Shown: piece by piece, positions 7,875-15,323 of the stretch | Layout: every line of letters begins with the position of its first letter | How positions within the stretch are numbered: position 1 is the first letter of the stretch | DNA from: Candidatus Rokuibacteriota bacterium | GTDB taxonomy: Bacteria > Methylomirabilota > Methylomirabilia > Rokubacteriales > CSP1-6 | Assembly: GCA_016184305.1 (NCBI GenBank) | Contig: JACPCX010000160.1 | Location: 1-17,826, forward strand | Length of the DNA stretch: 17,826 nucleotides | Reading direction: 5' to 3' | The notes under the pieces: generated by a model | What the model saw: only the letters and a program-made list of their open reading frames with translations | The model's database searches: none | What the model was told of the DNA's origin: nothing | Translations under genes and position numbers: made by a program

Positions 7875-8753
7875 GTGCCCGTGAAGCTGCCCAGCGAACG
7901 CTTCGACTACTCGCCCCTCGCGAGCCGCCGCCCGTGGAAGCTCCCCAAGGGGGCGCGGCTTGCCGTCTGGACCATCGTCAATGTCGAGGAATGGGACATC
8001 GAGAAGGCCATGGCCCGGCAGCTCCTGACCGCGCCGCAGGGGGTGGCCACGGTGCCCGACGTGCCCAACTGGGCCTGGCACGAGTACGGGATGCGCGTGG
8101 GCTTCTGGCGGCTCCTCGAGGCGCTGACGAAGCGCAAGATGCGCGCGACCACCGCCATCAATGCCAACGTCTGCCGCTCGTATCCCCCGGTGGCGCAGGC
8201 CATGCTGGACGCCGGCTGGGAGTTCATGGGCCACGGCGTCAGGCAGGGGGCCATGCACACGCTCCCCGACCAGCAGGCGGCCATCGGGGAGGCCGTCGAG
8301 ATCATCCGGCAGTTCACGGGCAAGAAGCCGAAGGGCTGGCTCGGCCCCGGGCTCAGCCAGACGTGGGAGACCCTCGACCTGCTGGCCGAGGCGGGGATCG
8401 AGTACGTCTCGGACTGGGTCACCGACGACCAGCCTTACGAGATCCGGACGCGGGCGGGCGCGCTCGTCTCGGTGCCCTACACGCTGGAGCTGAATGACAT
8501 CCCGATGATGGTCATCCAGCACCACAGCTCGGCGGAGTGGGTCAGGCGGGTGAAGGACCAGTTCGATCGGCTCCACGCGGAAGGAGCGAAGAACCCGCGC
8601 GTCATGGCGCTGGCCGTGCACCCGTACATCTCGGGCGTCCCGCACCGCATCAAGCACTTCGAGGCCGCCTACGATTACATGCGGAAGCAGAAGGGCGTCT
8701 GGTTCACCACGGGCGAGGAGATCTACGAGTGGTACAAGTCCCACCCGTGGTGA
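7875..8753 (+). CDS. Polysaccharide deacetylase family protein (PuuE/allantoinase-like)
   Basis: 292 aa. Motifs VNVEEW, EYGMRVGFWR, EFMGHG, PKGWLGPG, DDQPY, VPYTLELND, HPYISG.PHR. Start is GTG 7875 or GTG 7881 after GGAGG. Confidence 0.9.
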   Translation: MPVKLPSERFDYSPLASRRPWKLPKGARLAVWTIVNVEEWDIEKAMARQLLTAPQGVATVPDVPNWAWHEYGMRVGFWRLLEALTKRKMRATTAINANVCRSYPPVAQAMLDAGWEFMGHGVRQGAMHTLPDQQAAIGEAVEIIRQFTGKKPKGWLGPGLSQTWETLDLLAEAGIEYVSDWVTDDQPYEIRTRAGALVSVPYTLELNDIPMMVIQHHSSAEWVRRVKDQFDRLHAEGAKNPRVMALAVHPYISGVPHRIKHFEAAYDYMRKQKGVWFTTGEEIYEWYKSHPW

Positions 8754-8926
8754 CCCTGGCCATCGGGGCTCGATCCTGTGACGACGGTGACGGCGCCGAT
8801 GCGCTCCACGCGCACGCTGCCGCTCTCCCATCCCAGCGTGGAGGGCTCGACAGAGGAGATGACGCCCCCGCCCACCGCCACTCGCGCCCTCCAGGCTCTG
8901 CAATCATCCGGGTCCGCCAGCTCCTC
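8750..8926 (-). pseudogene. Internal fragment of a xanthine/CO dehydrogenase (CoxL/XdhA-like) molybdopterin-binding subunit gene
   Basis: Minus frame reads EELAD...RARVAVGGGVISSVEPSTLGWESGSVRVERIGAVTVVTGSSPDGQGH, matching the GxGxxxxVE...ESxxVR....V.V.TG....GQGH motif. Similarity stops at GQGH. Confidence 0.7.
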
Positions 8927-8964
8927 GCGTGGCGGCACGCGTCGACGCGGCGCGGCTCGCCGGC

Positions 8965-8993
8965 TTGACATGCGCCAGGGCCGAGCCTAAAGT
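8965..8993 (+). promoter_or_regulatory. sigma70-type promoter upstream of the DUF4440 gene
   Basis: TTGACA (8965-8970), 17 nt, TAAAGT (8988-8993). Confidence 0.65.
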
Positions 8994-9174
8994 CGGCCCC
9001 ACATTCCGGACCGGCCGAACCGCGCGGGAGGCCCGATGCCTCGTCGTCCGGTACCCTTGGATCCTGGCTTCGCTCGCTCGAATCGCCGCGGTGACTCCCG
9101 CGGGCCCCCTGTCCGTCGCCCGCCGGCGGCCGTTTCCGAAGCCCTCGACCCTCAACCCGCGGAGGAGGACTCTC

Positions 9175-9666
9175 GTGGCGAAGACAGCGGCGAAGAAGGC
9201 GACCAAGCGACCCGCGAAGAAGGCGCCGAAGAAGGCGCCGAAGAAGGCGTTGAAGCAGACGGCCCGCAAGGGCCCGAGCGTTGCCGAGGCGATACACGCG
9301 CTCGACGCAGCGTTCACCAATGCAGTGGCCGCCAGGGATTCCCAAGTGCTGGTGTCGGGCTTTTACGCCCCCGATGCCGTCCTGATGTCGCCGAATCAGC
9401 CCGCCATCATCGGGCGCGAGAACATCCGCGTGGCGCTCCAGGGCATGATGGATGCGGGGGTGACGAGTCTCAAGCTCGAGACGATCGAGATCGGCAGCGC
9501 CGGTGATCTGGCCTGGGAGCGGGCCAGGTACACACTGTCCATGACCCCGTCCGGCGGCGCCCCCATCCAGGATGTCGGCAAGTCTCTGGTGGTGTTCCGC
9601 CGGCAGCCGAATGGCACCTGGCGGGCCATCGTGGACATGTACAGCAGCGACCAGCCGGCGCAATGA
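9175..9666 (+). CDS. NTF2-like/SnoaL (DUF4440, YybH-like) protein with Lys/Ala/Pro-rich N-terminal tail
   Basis: Start GTG 9175 after GGAGGAGG (163 aa). Begins MAKTAAKKATKRPAKKAPKKAPKKALK, then FY.PDAVL..P......GR..I and G....V..RQ..G.W....D. Confidence 0.85.
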   Translation: MAKTAAKKATKRPAKKAPKKAPKKALKQTARKGPSVAEAIHALDAAFTNAVAARDSQVLVSGFYAPDAVLMSPNQPAIIGRENIRVALQGMMDAGVTSLKLETIEIGSAGDLAWERARYTLSMTPSGGAPIQDVGKSLVVFRRQPNGTWRAIVDMYSSDQPAQ

Positions 9667-9770
9667 CGCGCGCGCAGTGAACAGGAGGTCAGGGGGCCGC
9701 GGGTCGCCGCGCCCCTCTGGCCCACGGTCGACATGCCGAGAGGCACGTTGAGGAGAGAAGGAGACACGGC

Positions 9771-9947
9771 ATGGCGAAGATCTTGAAGTGTGGCGATCTG
9801 ATGCCCGGGTGCAGCTTCGTGGCCGAGGGGAAGGACGTGGCGGAGGTGATGGCCAAGGGGGCGGAGCACGCCAAGAAGGATCACGGCATGACGACGATGC
9901 CGCCGGAGATGATCCCGAAGGTCCAGGCGGCGATCCGCGACAAGTAG
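9771..9947 (+). CDS. Small DUF1059-like metal-binding protein (58 aa)
   Basis: MAKILKCGDLMPGCSFVAEGKDVAEVMAKGAEHAKKDHGMTTMPPEMIPKVQAAIRDK*. Has C-x6-C and H-x4-H, an AAGGAG RBS and a downstream terminator. Absent from the ORF track. Confidence 0.88.
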   Translation: MAKILKCGDLMPGCSFVAEGKDVAEVMAKGAEHAKKDHGMTTMPPEMIPKVQAAIRDK

Positions 9948-9952
9948 CCAGG

Positions 9953-9999
9953 GGCGGCCGGCGGGGGGCGGGGTTCCCCCTGCCGGCCGCCGTCTTTCT
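9953..9999 (+). terminator. Intrinsic terminator-like hairpin
   Basis: GGCGGCCGGC-GGGGGG ... CCCCCT-GCCGGCCGCC stem followed by GTCTTTCT, directly after stop 9947. Confidence 0.65.
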
Positions 10000-10221
10000 C
10001 GGGCAGAACCCCGCTCCCGCCAGCCTCCGCCCGGACTCACCCGCGATACCCCACGGGTCTCGGAGGGCATCACCGGTTCCGGCGCTGCCGGCGCCTGATC
10101 CGCTCCAGGGGCTGGCGAGCCGAGGGCCGGGCAGGGTACAGTGAAGCCGATCGCCATGCGCCCCATCCGGAAGGCCCATGCAATGCCCCGCGTCCGGCAA
10201 GCCCACGGGAGAGCGTGAGAG

Positions 10222-11985
10222 ATGTCATCGAGCGATGTGCTGAGGATCGCCAACTGCAGCGGCTTCTACGGGGATCGGCTCTCCGCCGCGAAGGAGATGG
10301 TCGAGGGCGGGCCCATCGACGTGCTCACGGGCGACTACCTGGCCGAGCTGACCATGGCCATCTTGTTCAAGAGCCGGCTGAAGAAGCCCGAGACCGGCTA
10401 CGCGACGACCTTCCTGGCCCAGATGGAGCAGGTGATGGCCACATGCCTGGACCGGGGCATCCGGGTGGTGGCCAATGCGGGCGGGCTGAACCCCGCGGGT
10501 CTCGCCCAGGCGCTGGGCGGCCTCGCTGCCAAGCTCGGGCTCGAGCCGCGCATCGCGTACGTGACCGGCGACGACGTGCTCGGGCGGCTCGAGGCCTGGC
10601 AGCAGGCGGGCCATCCGCTCGCCCACCTCGATCGGGGCCGACCGCTCACGGACCTCAAGGCGCCCGTGGTCACCGCCAATGCCTATCTCGGCGGCTGGGG
10701 CATCGCCGGGGCGCTCTCGCGGGGCGCCGACATCGTCATCACCGGACGGGTCACGGACGCCGCGCTGGCGCTGGGGCCGGCGGCGTGGCGCTTCGGCTGG
10801 AAGCGCGATGAGTGGAACCGGCTTGCCTCCGCCATCGTGGCCGGGCACATCATCGAGTGCGGCGCCCAGTGCTGCGGCGGCAACTACGCCTTCTTCCAGG
10901 ACGTCCCCACCTACGATCGCATCGGCTTCCCCATCGCCGAGATGCGGGAGGACGGGAGCGTCGTCATCACCAAGCACCCGGGCACGGGCGGGCAGGTCTC
11001 CGTCGGCACCGTCACCGCGCAGCTCCTGTACGAGATCGACAGCCCGCGCTATCTCAACCCGGACGTCACCGCCCGGTTCGACACGATCCAGCTCGCCCCG
11101 GAGGGCCCGGACCGCGTGCGTGTGACGGGCGTCCGGGGCGAGCCCCCGCCGGCGACGACCAAGCTCTGCCTGAACTACTTCGGCGGCTACCGCAACAGCC
11201 TCACCTTCGTGCTCACGGGGCTCGACGTCCCGGAGAAGGCCAAGCTCATCGAGGACACCTTCTGGAAGCTGGTGGGGGGCCGGGAGCGGTTCGCGGAGAC
11301 GGCCGTGTCGCTTCTCCGCTACGACCGCGAGGACCCCGAGACGAACGAGGCTGCCGTGGCGCACCTCAAGATCACCGTGAAGGATCCGGACGCGGCGAAG
11401 GTCGGGCGCGCCTTCAGCAACAAGGCCATCGAGATGGGCCTGGCCCATTACCCGGGCTTCCACATGACGGCCCCGCCCAGCGAGGAGACGGGCTATGCCG
11501 TGTACTGGCCCACCGTGATCCCCGCCCCCCTCATCGAGCAGGAGATGCACCTGGACGGGGAGACGGTTCGGATCCCGCCCGTGCTGCCGCCGGCCGATGC
11601 GCCGGAGTTGCGCCTGCCTGTCCCCGCGCTGCCCCCCCCGCCGACGGGCCCTACCAGGCGCGTGCCGCTGGGGCGCGTGGCGGGCGCGCGCTCGGGCGAC
11701 AAGGGCGGCAACGCCAACGTGGGCGTGTGGGCGCGGGATCCGCGGGCCTATGCGTGGCTGCTCCAGACGCTCACGGCCGACAGGATCCGGGCCCTCATGC
11801 CCGAGGCCCGCGGGCTCGCCGTGGAGCGCCACCCGCTGCCGAACCTCCTCGCCATCAACTTCGTGATCAAGGGGTTGCTCGGCGAGGGCGTGTCGGGGTC
11901 CACGCGGAGCGATCCCCAGGCCAAGGGGCTCGGCGAGTATCTGCGGGCCAAGCTCGTGGAGGTTCCCGAGACCCTGCTCGGATGA
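10222..11985 (+). CDS. Acyclic terpene utilization AtuA family (DUF1446) protein
   Basis: 587 aa. Motifs [74 protein letters not shown]. Confidence 0.93.
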   Translation: MSSSDVLRIANCSGFYGDRLSAAKEMVEGGPIDVLTGDYLAELTMAILFKSRLKKPETGYATTFLAQMEQVMATCLDRGIRVVANAGGLNPAGLAQALGGLAAKLGLEPRIAYVTGDDVLGRLEAWQQAGHPLAHLDRGRPLTDLKAPVVTANAYLGGWGIAGALSRGADIVITGRVTDAALALGPAAWRFGWKRDEWNRLASAIVAGHIIECGAQCCGGNYAFFQDVPTYDRIGFPIAEMREDGSVVITKHPGTGGQVSVGTVTAQLLYEIDSPRYLNPDVTARFDTIQLAPEGPDRVRVTGVRGEPPPATTKLCLNYFGGYRNSLTFVLTGLDVPEKAKLIEDTFWKLVGGRERFAETAVSLLRYDREDPETNEAAVAHLKITVKDPDAAKVGRAFSNKAIEMGLAHYPGFHMTAPPSEETGYAVYWPTVIPAPLIEQEMHLDGETVRIPPVLPPADAPELRLPVPALPPPPTGPTRRVPLGRVAGARSGDKGGNANVGVWARDPRAYAWLLQTLTADRIRALMPEARGLAVERHPLPNLLAINFVIKGLLGEGVSGSTRSDPQAKGLGEYLRAKLVEVPETLLG

Positions 11986-11999
11986 AGCTCGTCTCCTGG
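11861..11999 (+). repeat. Direct repeat copy 1 (139 bp): last 40 codons of the AtuA gene plus the first ~6 codons of xth
   Basis: Aligns without gaps to 12667-12805 with 14 mismatches (125/139 identical, manual count). Confidence 0.95.
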
Positions 12000-12014
12000 G
12001 CGACGCGGATGGCG

Positions 12015-12049
12015 TTGACGCCGGTACGTCATGTGGATACAGTGATCAC
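12015..12049 (+). promoter_or_regulatory. Promoter and probable autoregulatory operator of the TA operon
   Basis: TTGACG (12015-12020), 17 nt, TACAGT (12038-12043). The palindrome GTGATCAC (12042-12049) overlaps the -10/TSS region. Confidence 0.65.
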
Positions 12050-12052
12050 ACC

Positions 12053-12343
12053 ATGATTCGCCGGGGAGCAGGATCGAAGCGACGGAGCACGCAGTCGCTG
12101 GAATTCAAGGTCGTGCCGATCGGGAATTCTCGCGGGGTGCGCCTGCCCAAGACCGTCCTCGACAAGTACGCCATCCGAGATGTCGTGGTCGTCGAGGAGC
12201 GCGAGGAAGGGCTGCTGCTTCGCAGCAAGGGGGACCGGCGCCTATCCTGGGAGGACACCTTCAAGGACATGGCTCGTGAGCGCGAGGACTGGAGCGACCT
12301 CGACGCGGCCCTGAACGACGGCCTCGACACCGAGCCCTGGTGA
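12053..12343 (+). CDS. mazE: AbrB/MazE/SpoVT family antitoxin
   Basis: 96 aa. KVVPIGNSRGVRLPK swapped-hairpin motif and acidic C-terminus. GTGA overlap with the toxin gene. Confidence 0.9.
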   Translation: MIRRGAGSKRRSTQSLEFKVVPIGNSRGVRLPKTVLDKYAIRDVVVVEEREEGLLLRSKGDRRLSWEDTFKDMAREREDWSDLDAALNDGLDTEPW

Positions 12344-12672
12344 GCCAGGCGATCGAGCGGTACGGCATCTATCTCGCCGACCTCGATCCGACCCGTGGCC
12401 GCGAGATCGCGAAGACCCGGCCGGTGGTCGTGGTGAGCCTCGACGCGATGAACCGCCACCTCGATACCGTGGTTGTCTGCCCGCTCACCACGCGACTTCA
12501 TCCGCGCTGGCGCAGCCGCATCCAGTGCGCGTGTGCGGGCCGGAGGGCGGAGATCGCTGTGGACCAGATCCGAACGGTCAGCAAGGAGCGTCTCGGCCGC
12601 CGGGTGGATCGGCTTGCGCCGTCGCTCGCGGCGCAGCTTCGCCGGCTCATCAGCGAGATGTACGGGTCGTGA
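12340..12672 (+). CDS. mazF: PemK/MazF family mRNA interferase toxin
   Basis: 110 aa. [24 protein letters not shown]...N...VVVCPLTT and [11 protein letters not shown]. Confidence 0.93.
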   Translation: MSQAIERYGIYLADLDPTRGREIAKTRPVVVVSLDAMNRHLDTVVVCPLTTRLHPRWRSRIQCACAGRRAEIAVDQIRTVSKERLGRRVDRLAPSLAAQLRRLISEMYGS

Positions 12673-12805
12673 TCAAGGGGTTGCTCGGCGAGGGGGTCTC
12701 GGGCGCCACCCGGAGCGATCCCCAGGCCAAGGGGCTCGGCGAGTATCTGCGCGCGAAGACGGTGGAGATGCCCGAGACCCTCCTCGGATGAAGCTCGTCT
12801 GCTGG
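12667..12805 (+). repeat. Direct repeat copy 2 (139 bp): orphan AtuA 3' end leading into xth
   Basis: Encodes [40 protein letters not shown] and the xth start. It also supplies the toxin stop codon (TGA 12670-12672). Confidence 0.95.
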
Positions 12806-13428
12806 AACGTCAATGGCATCCGCGCGGTGTGGAAGAAGGGCTTCAGGGACTTCCTCGCCGCGGAGCAGCCGGACATCCTCTGCGTGCAGGAGACCAAGAT
12901 CCAGCACGACCAGCTCACGGAAGAGCTCCGGGGCCCATCCGGCTACCGCTCCTACTGGAGCGCCCGGACTTCCACCTGTTCAACGTCTACTTCCCCAACA
13001 GCGCCATGGGGCCCGAGCGGCTTCGTCACAAGCTGGCGTTCTACGACGAGTTCCTGCGGCTCGCCGAGGCGCTGCGGCGGCGCGGGAAGGGGATCGTGGT
13101 CTGCGGCGACGTCAACACGGCCCACGAGGAGATCGACCTCGCCCGCCCGAAGGAGAACGGGAAGAGTCCGGGCTTCCTGCCCGTGGAGCGCGAGTGGGTG
13201 AGCCGCCTGCTCGCCCACGGCTACCTGGACACCTTCCGGCTCTTCACGCGCGAGCCCGGGCACTACACCTGGTGGGATCTGAAGAGCGGCGCGCGGGCGC
13301 GCAACGTGGGCTGGCGCATCGACTACTTCTTCGTCTCCGAGGAGCTGCGCCCTCGCGTCCGCGCCGCCGGCATCCTCCCGCACGTGCTGGGCTCGGACCA
13401 CTGCCCGATCACGCTCACCCTCGAGTGA
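12788..13428 (+). pseudogene. xth: Exodeoxyribonuclease III (AP endonuclease) with internal deletion and frameshift
   Basis: One frame gives [13 protein letters not shown]...LCVQETK...GYRSYWSA (to ~12964). A different frame gives [12 protein letters not shown]...[10 protein letters not shown]...YTWW...NVGWRIDYF...GSDHCPI. The conserved GYSGV and EGR segment is absent in all plus frames. Confidence 0.85.
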
Positions 13429-13441
13429 GGGGCCGCGTGCT

Positions 13442-14662
13442 ATGCTCCGAGGCGTGTCTCGATCCGCTGACATCGCCATCGTCGGCGCCGGCATCGTCGG
13501 GCTCGCCACCGCCGTCGCGCTGACCGAGCGGCATCCGCGCGCGCGGCTCGTCGTGCTGGACAAGGAGCCCCGCGTCGCGGCCCACCAGACCGGGCACAAT
13601 AGCGGCGTCATCCACTCCGGCATCTACTACAAGCCCGGCTCCTCCAAGGCCCGGCTCTGCGTGGACGGCGCGCGGCTCATGACCGAGTTCTGCGACGCCC
13701 ACGGCATTGCGTACGAGCGCTGCGGCAAGGTCATCGTGGCCACGAACGAGTCGGAGGTGCCGCGCCTCGAGGCGCTCCACGAGCGCGGAACGGCCAATGG
13801 CGTTCCGGGGCTGCGGCTCCTGTCGGGGGACGAGGTGAGCGAGCACGAGCCGCATTGCCGGGCGGTGCGCGCGCTGCTCTCGCCCGCCACGGGGATCGTG
13901 GACTACGGCCAGGTCGCCGAGGCCATGGCCAGGCTGGTCGTGGAGCGGGGCGGCGAGATCCTCACGGGAGCGCATGTCATGGCCATCCCGCGCGCCGGCG
14001 CCGAGCGCGTCCTGGAGACCACAGCCGGGCCCGTCGAGGCCCGCCACCTCATCAACTGCGCGGGCCTCTACTCGGACGCGGTGGCGCGCCTCATGGGCCT
14101 CCGCCCCGAGGTGCAGATCATCCCGTTCCGCGGCGAGTACTACATGATCAGCCCGGCGCGGCGCTTCCTGGTGCGCAACCTGATCTACCCCGTGCCGGAT
14201 CCGGCGTTCCCGTTCCTCGGGTTGCACTTCACCCGCACCATCCACGGCGAGGTGGAGGCCGGGCCCAATGCGGTGCTGGCCTTCGCCCGAGAGGGCTACC
14301 GGCTGGCCACCGTCCGGCCGGGCGAGATGCTCGCCACCTTGGCCTATCCGGGGTTCTGGAACATCGTGCGGCGCCACTGGCGCATGGGCAGCTACGAGAT
14401 GTGGCGCTCGCTGTCCAAGGCGGCCTTCGTCCGCTCGCTCCAGCGCCTGGTGCCCGAGATCCGCCCCGGCGACATCGAGCGGGGCGGGGCCGGCGTGCGG
14501 GCCCAGGCCGTGGCGCCGGACGGGGCGCTCGTGGACGACTTCAGGATCACGGTGGCGGAGGGCGCCATCCATGTGCTCAACGCGCCCTCGCCCGCGGCCA
14601 CCGCATCGCTGGCCATCGGCCGGCACATCGCCGGCCTGGCCGCCGAGCACTTCGGGCTGTAG
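13442..14662 (+). CDS. lhgO: L-2-hydroxyglutarate oxidase
   Basis: ~406 aa. Motifs GAGIVGLA, HQTGHNSGVIHSGIYY.PGS.KA.LC, PFRGEYY, LIYPVPDP.FPFLG.HFT, AGVRAQA, NAPSPAATASL.IG. The true start may be GTG 13454. Confidence 0.93.
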   Translation: MLRGVSRSADIAIVGAGIVGLATAVALTERHPRARLVVLDKEPRVAAHQTGHNSGVIHSGIYYKPGSSKARLCVDGARLMTEFCDAHGIAYERCGKVIVATNESEVPRLEALHERGTANGVPGLRLLSGDEVSEHEPHCRAVRALLSPATGIVDYGQVAEAMARLVVERGGEILTGAHVMAIPRAGAERVLETTAGPVEARHLINCAGLYSDAVARLMGLRPEVQIIPFRGEYYMISPARRFLVRNLIYPVPDPAFPFLGLHFTRTIHGEVEAGPNAVLAFAREGYRLATVRPGEMLATLAYPGFWNIVRRHWRMGSYEMWRSLSKAAFVRSLQRLVPEIRPGDIERGGAGVRAQAVAPDGALVDDFRITVAEGAIHVLNAPSPAATASLAIGRHIAGLAAEHFGL

Positions 14663-14850
14663 CAGGCCGCTGAAAAGGGGCCATCTGCGGAGGTACGGCG
14701 CCCTCGCCCGCCCGCTCGACGTGGCTCGCTCACGCTCGCCCGGATCTCCGGTTCCGCTCACCTCGCCCCGGGCTCGGCTCGCCAGGCGGAGTATGCCTCG
14801 CGTGCGGCCGTCGGGCGCCGCCTCGCATCTGGACCCTTTTGATCGGCCTG
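14663..14850. repeat. Palindromic REP/MITE-like intergenic element (188 bp)
   Basis: 27-nt imperfect terminal inverted repeats: CAGGCCGCTGAAAAGGGGCCATCTGCG (14663-14689) versus the reverse complement of 14824-14850, 22/27 matching. Inner arms GGCGCCC/GGGCGCC. Sits between convergent genes, directly after the lhgO TAG. Confidence 0.75.
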
Positions 14851-14878
14851 GGAGGTTTTGGCGCGCACGAAGTCTCCG

Positions 14879-15292
14879 TCAGGGCTTGGGGGCGCGGTCC
14901 TCGGCCGCGCGCGCACGGTCCTCGGCCGCGCGCGCGCGATCTTCCGCCTCCAGCATGCGCGTGGCGAGCTGGCGGATCAGCGCGAGCGCCAGCGCCGGGT
15001 TCGAGCGCACCAGGTGCTCCAGGCGATTGGCCGGAATGAGCATGAGCGTTACCGGCCCGTCCGCCACGGCGTCGGCCGAGCGCGGCGCATTGCGGAAGAG
15101 CGCGAGCTCGCCGAGCAGGTCGCCCTTGCCGATGACCCGGAGCACCCGGTGCTCCTCGCCGAAGCGCCGCCGGATCTCCACCTTGCCCTCGTGCACCATG
15201 AAGGCCTCGCCGTTGGCGCTGTCCCCCTCGCGGAAGATGAAGTCCCCGGGCTTGAACGTCCTGGTTGGCACATCCCCGATCTGACGGCTCAT
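14879..15292 (-). CDS. Stand-alone cyclic-nucleotide-binding (Crp/Fnr-type cNMP domain) protein without HTH
   Basis: Start ATG 15292 (137 aa): MSRQIGDVPTRTFKPGDFIFREGD...G.VEI...GDLLGELALFRNAPRSADAVA. The phosphate-binding cassette GE...PRSA is intact. Confidence 0.88.
   Translation of the reverse strand: MSRQIGDVPTRTFKPGDFIFREGDSANGEAFMVHEGKVEIRRRFGEEHRVLRVIGKGDLLGELALFRNAPRSADAVADGPVTLMLIPANRLEHLVRSNPALALALIRQLATRMLEAEDRARAAEDRARAAEDRAPKP
14895..14957 (-). repeat. 21-bp tandem repeat (2 near-perfect units + 1 degenerate) encoding AEDRARA heptads
   Basis: CGGTCCTCGGCCGCGCGCGC(A/G) at 14895 and 14916, degenerate copy at 14937. The protein ends EAEDRARAAEDRARAAEDRAPKP. Confidence 0.85.
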
Positions 15293-15323
15293 GCCTTGCC
15301 CTCGTGGTATAGAATAGCCCGCA

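Noticed and set aside
9036..9506. 156-aa ORF with a GGAGG upstream
   Set aside because: It is an off-frame overlap of the DUF4440 gene with low-complexity sequence. Retained only as a possible regulatory uORF start.
11861..12805. Classical IS or prophage insertion, or a diversity-generating retroelement TR/VR pair
   Set aside because: No transposase, integrase or reverse transcriptase is present and there are no terminal inverted repeats. The mismatches are mostly C/G third-position changes rather than adenine-specific.
12950..12970. Programmed ribosomal frameshift in xth
   Set aside because: There is no slippery sequence, and a conserved block (GYSGV...EGR) is physically missing, so frameshifting could not restore the enzyme.
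14895..14957. Short repeats (also 9190-9250 and 10153-10206) as a CRISPR array
   Set aside because: They are adjacent tandem units without unique spacers, mostly inside coding sequence, and there are no cas genes.
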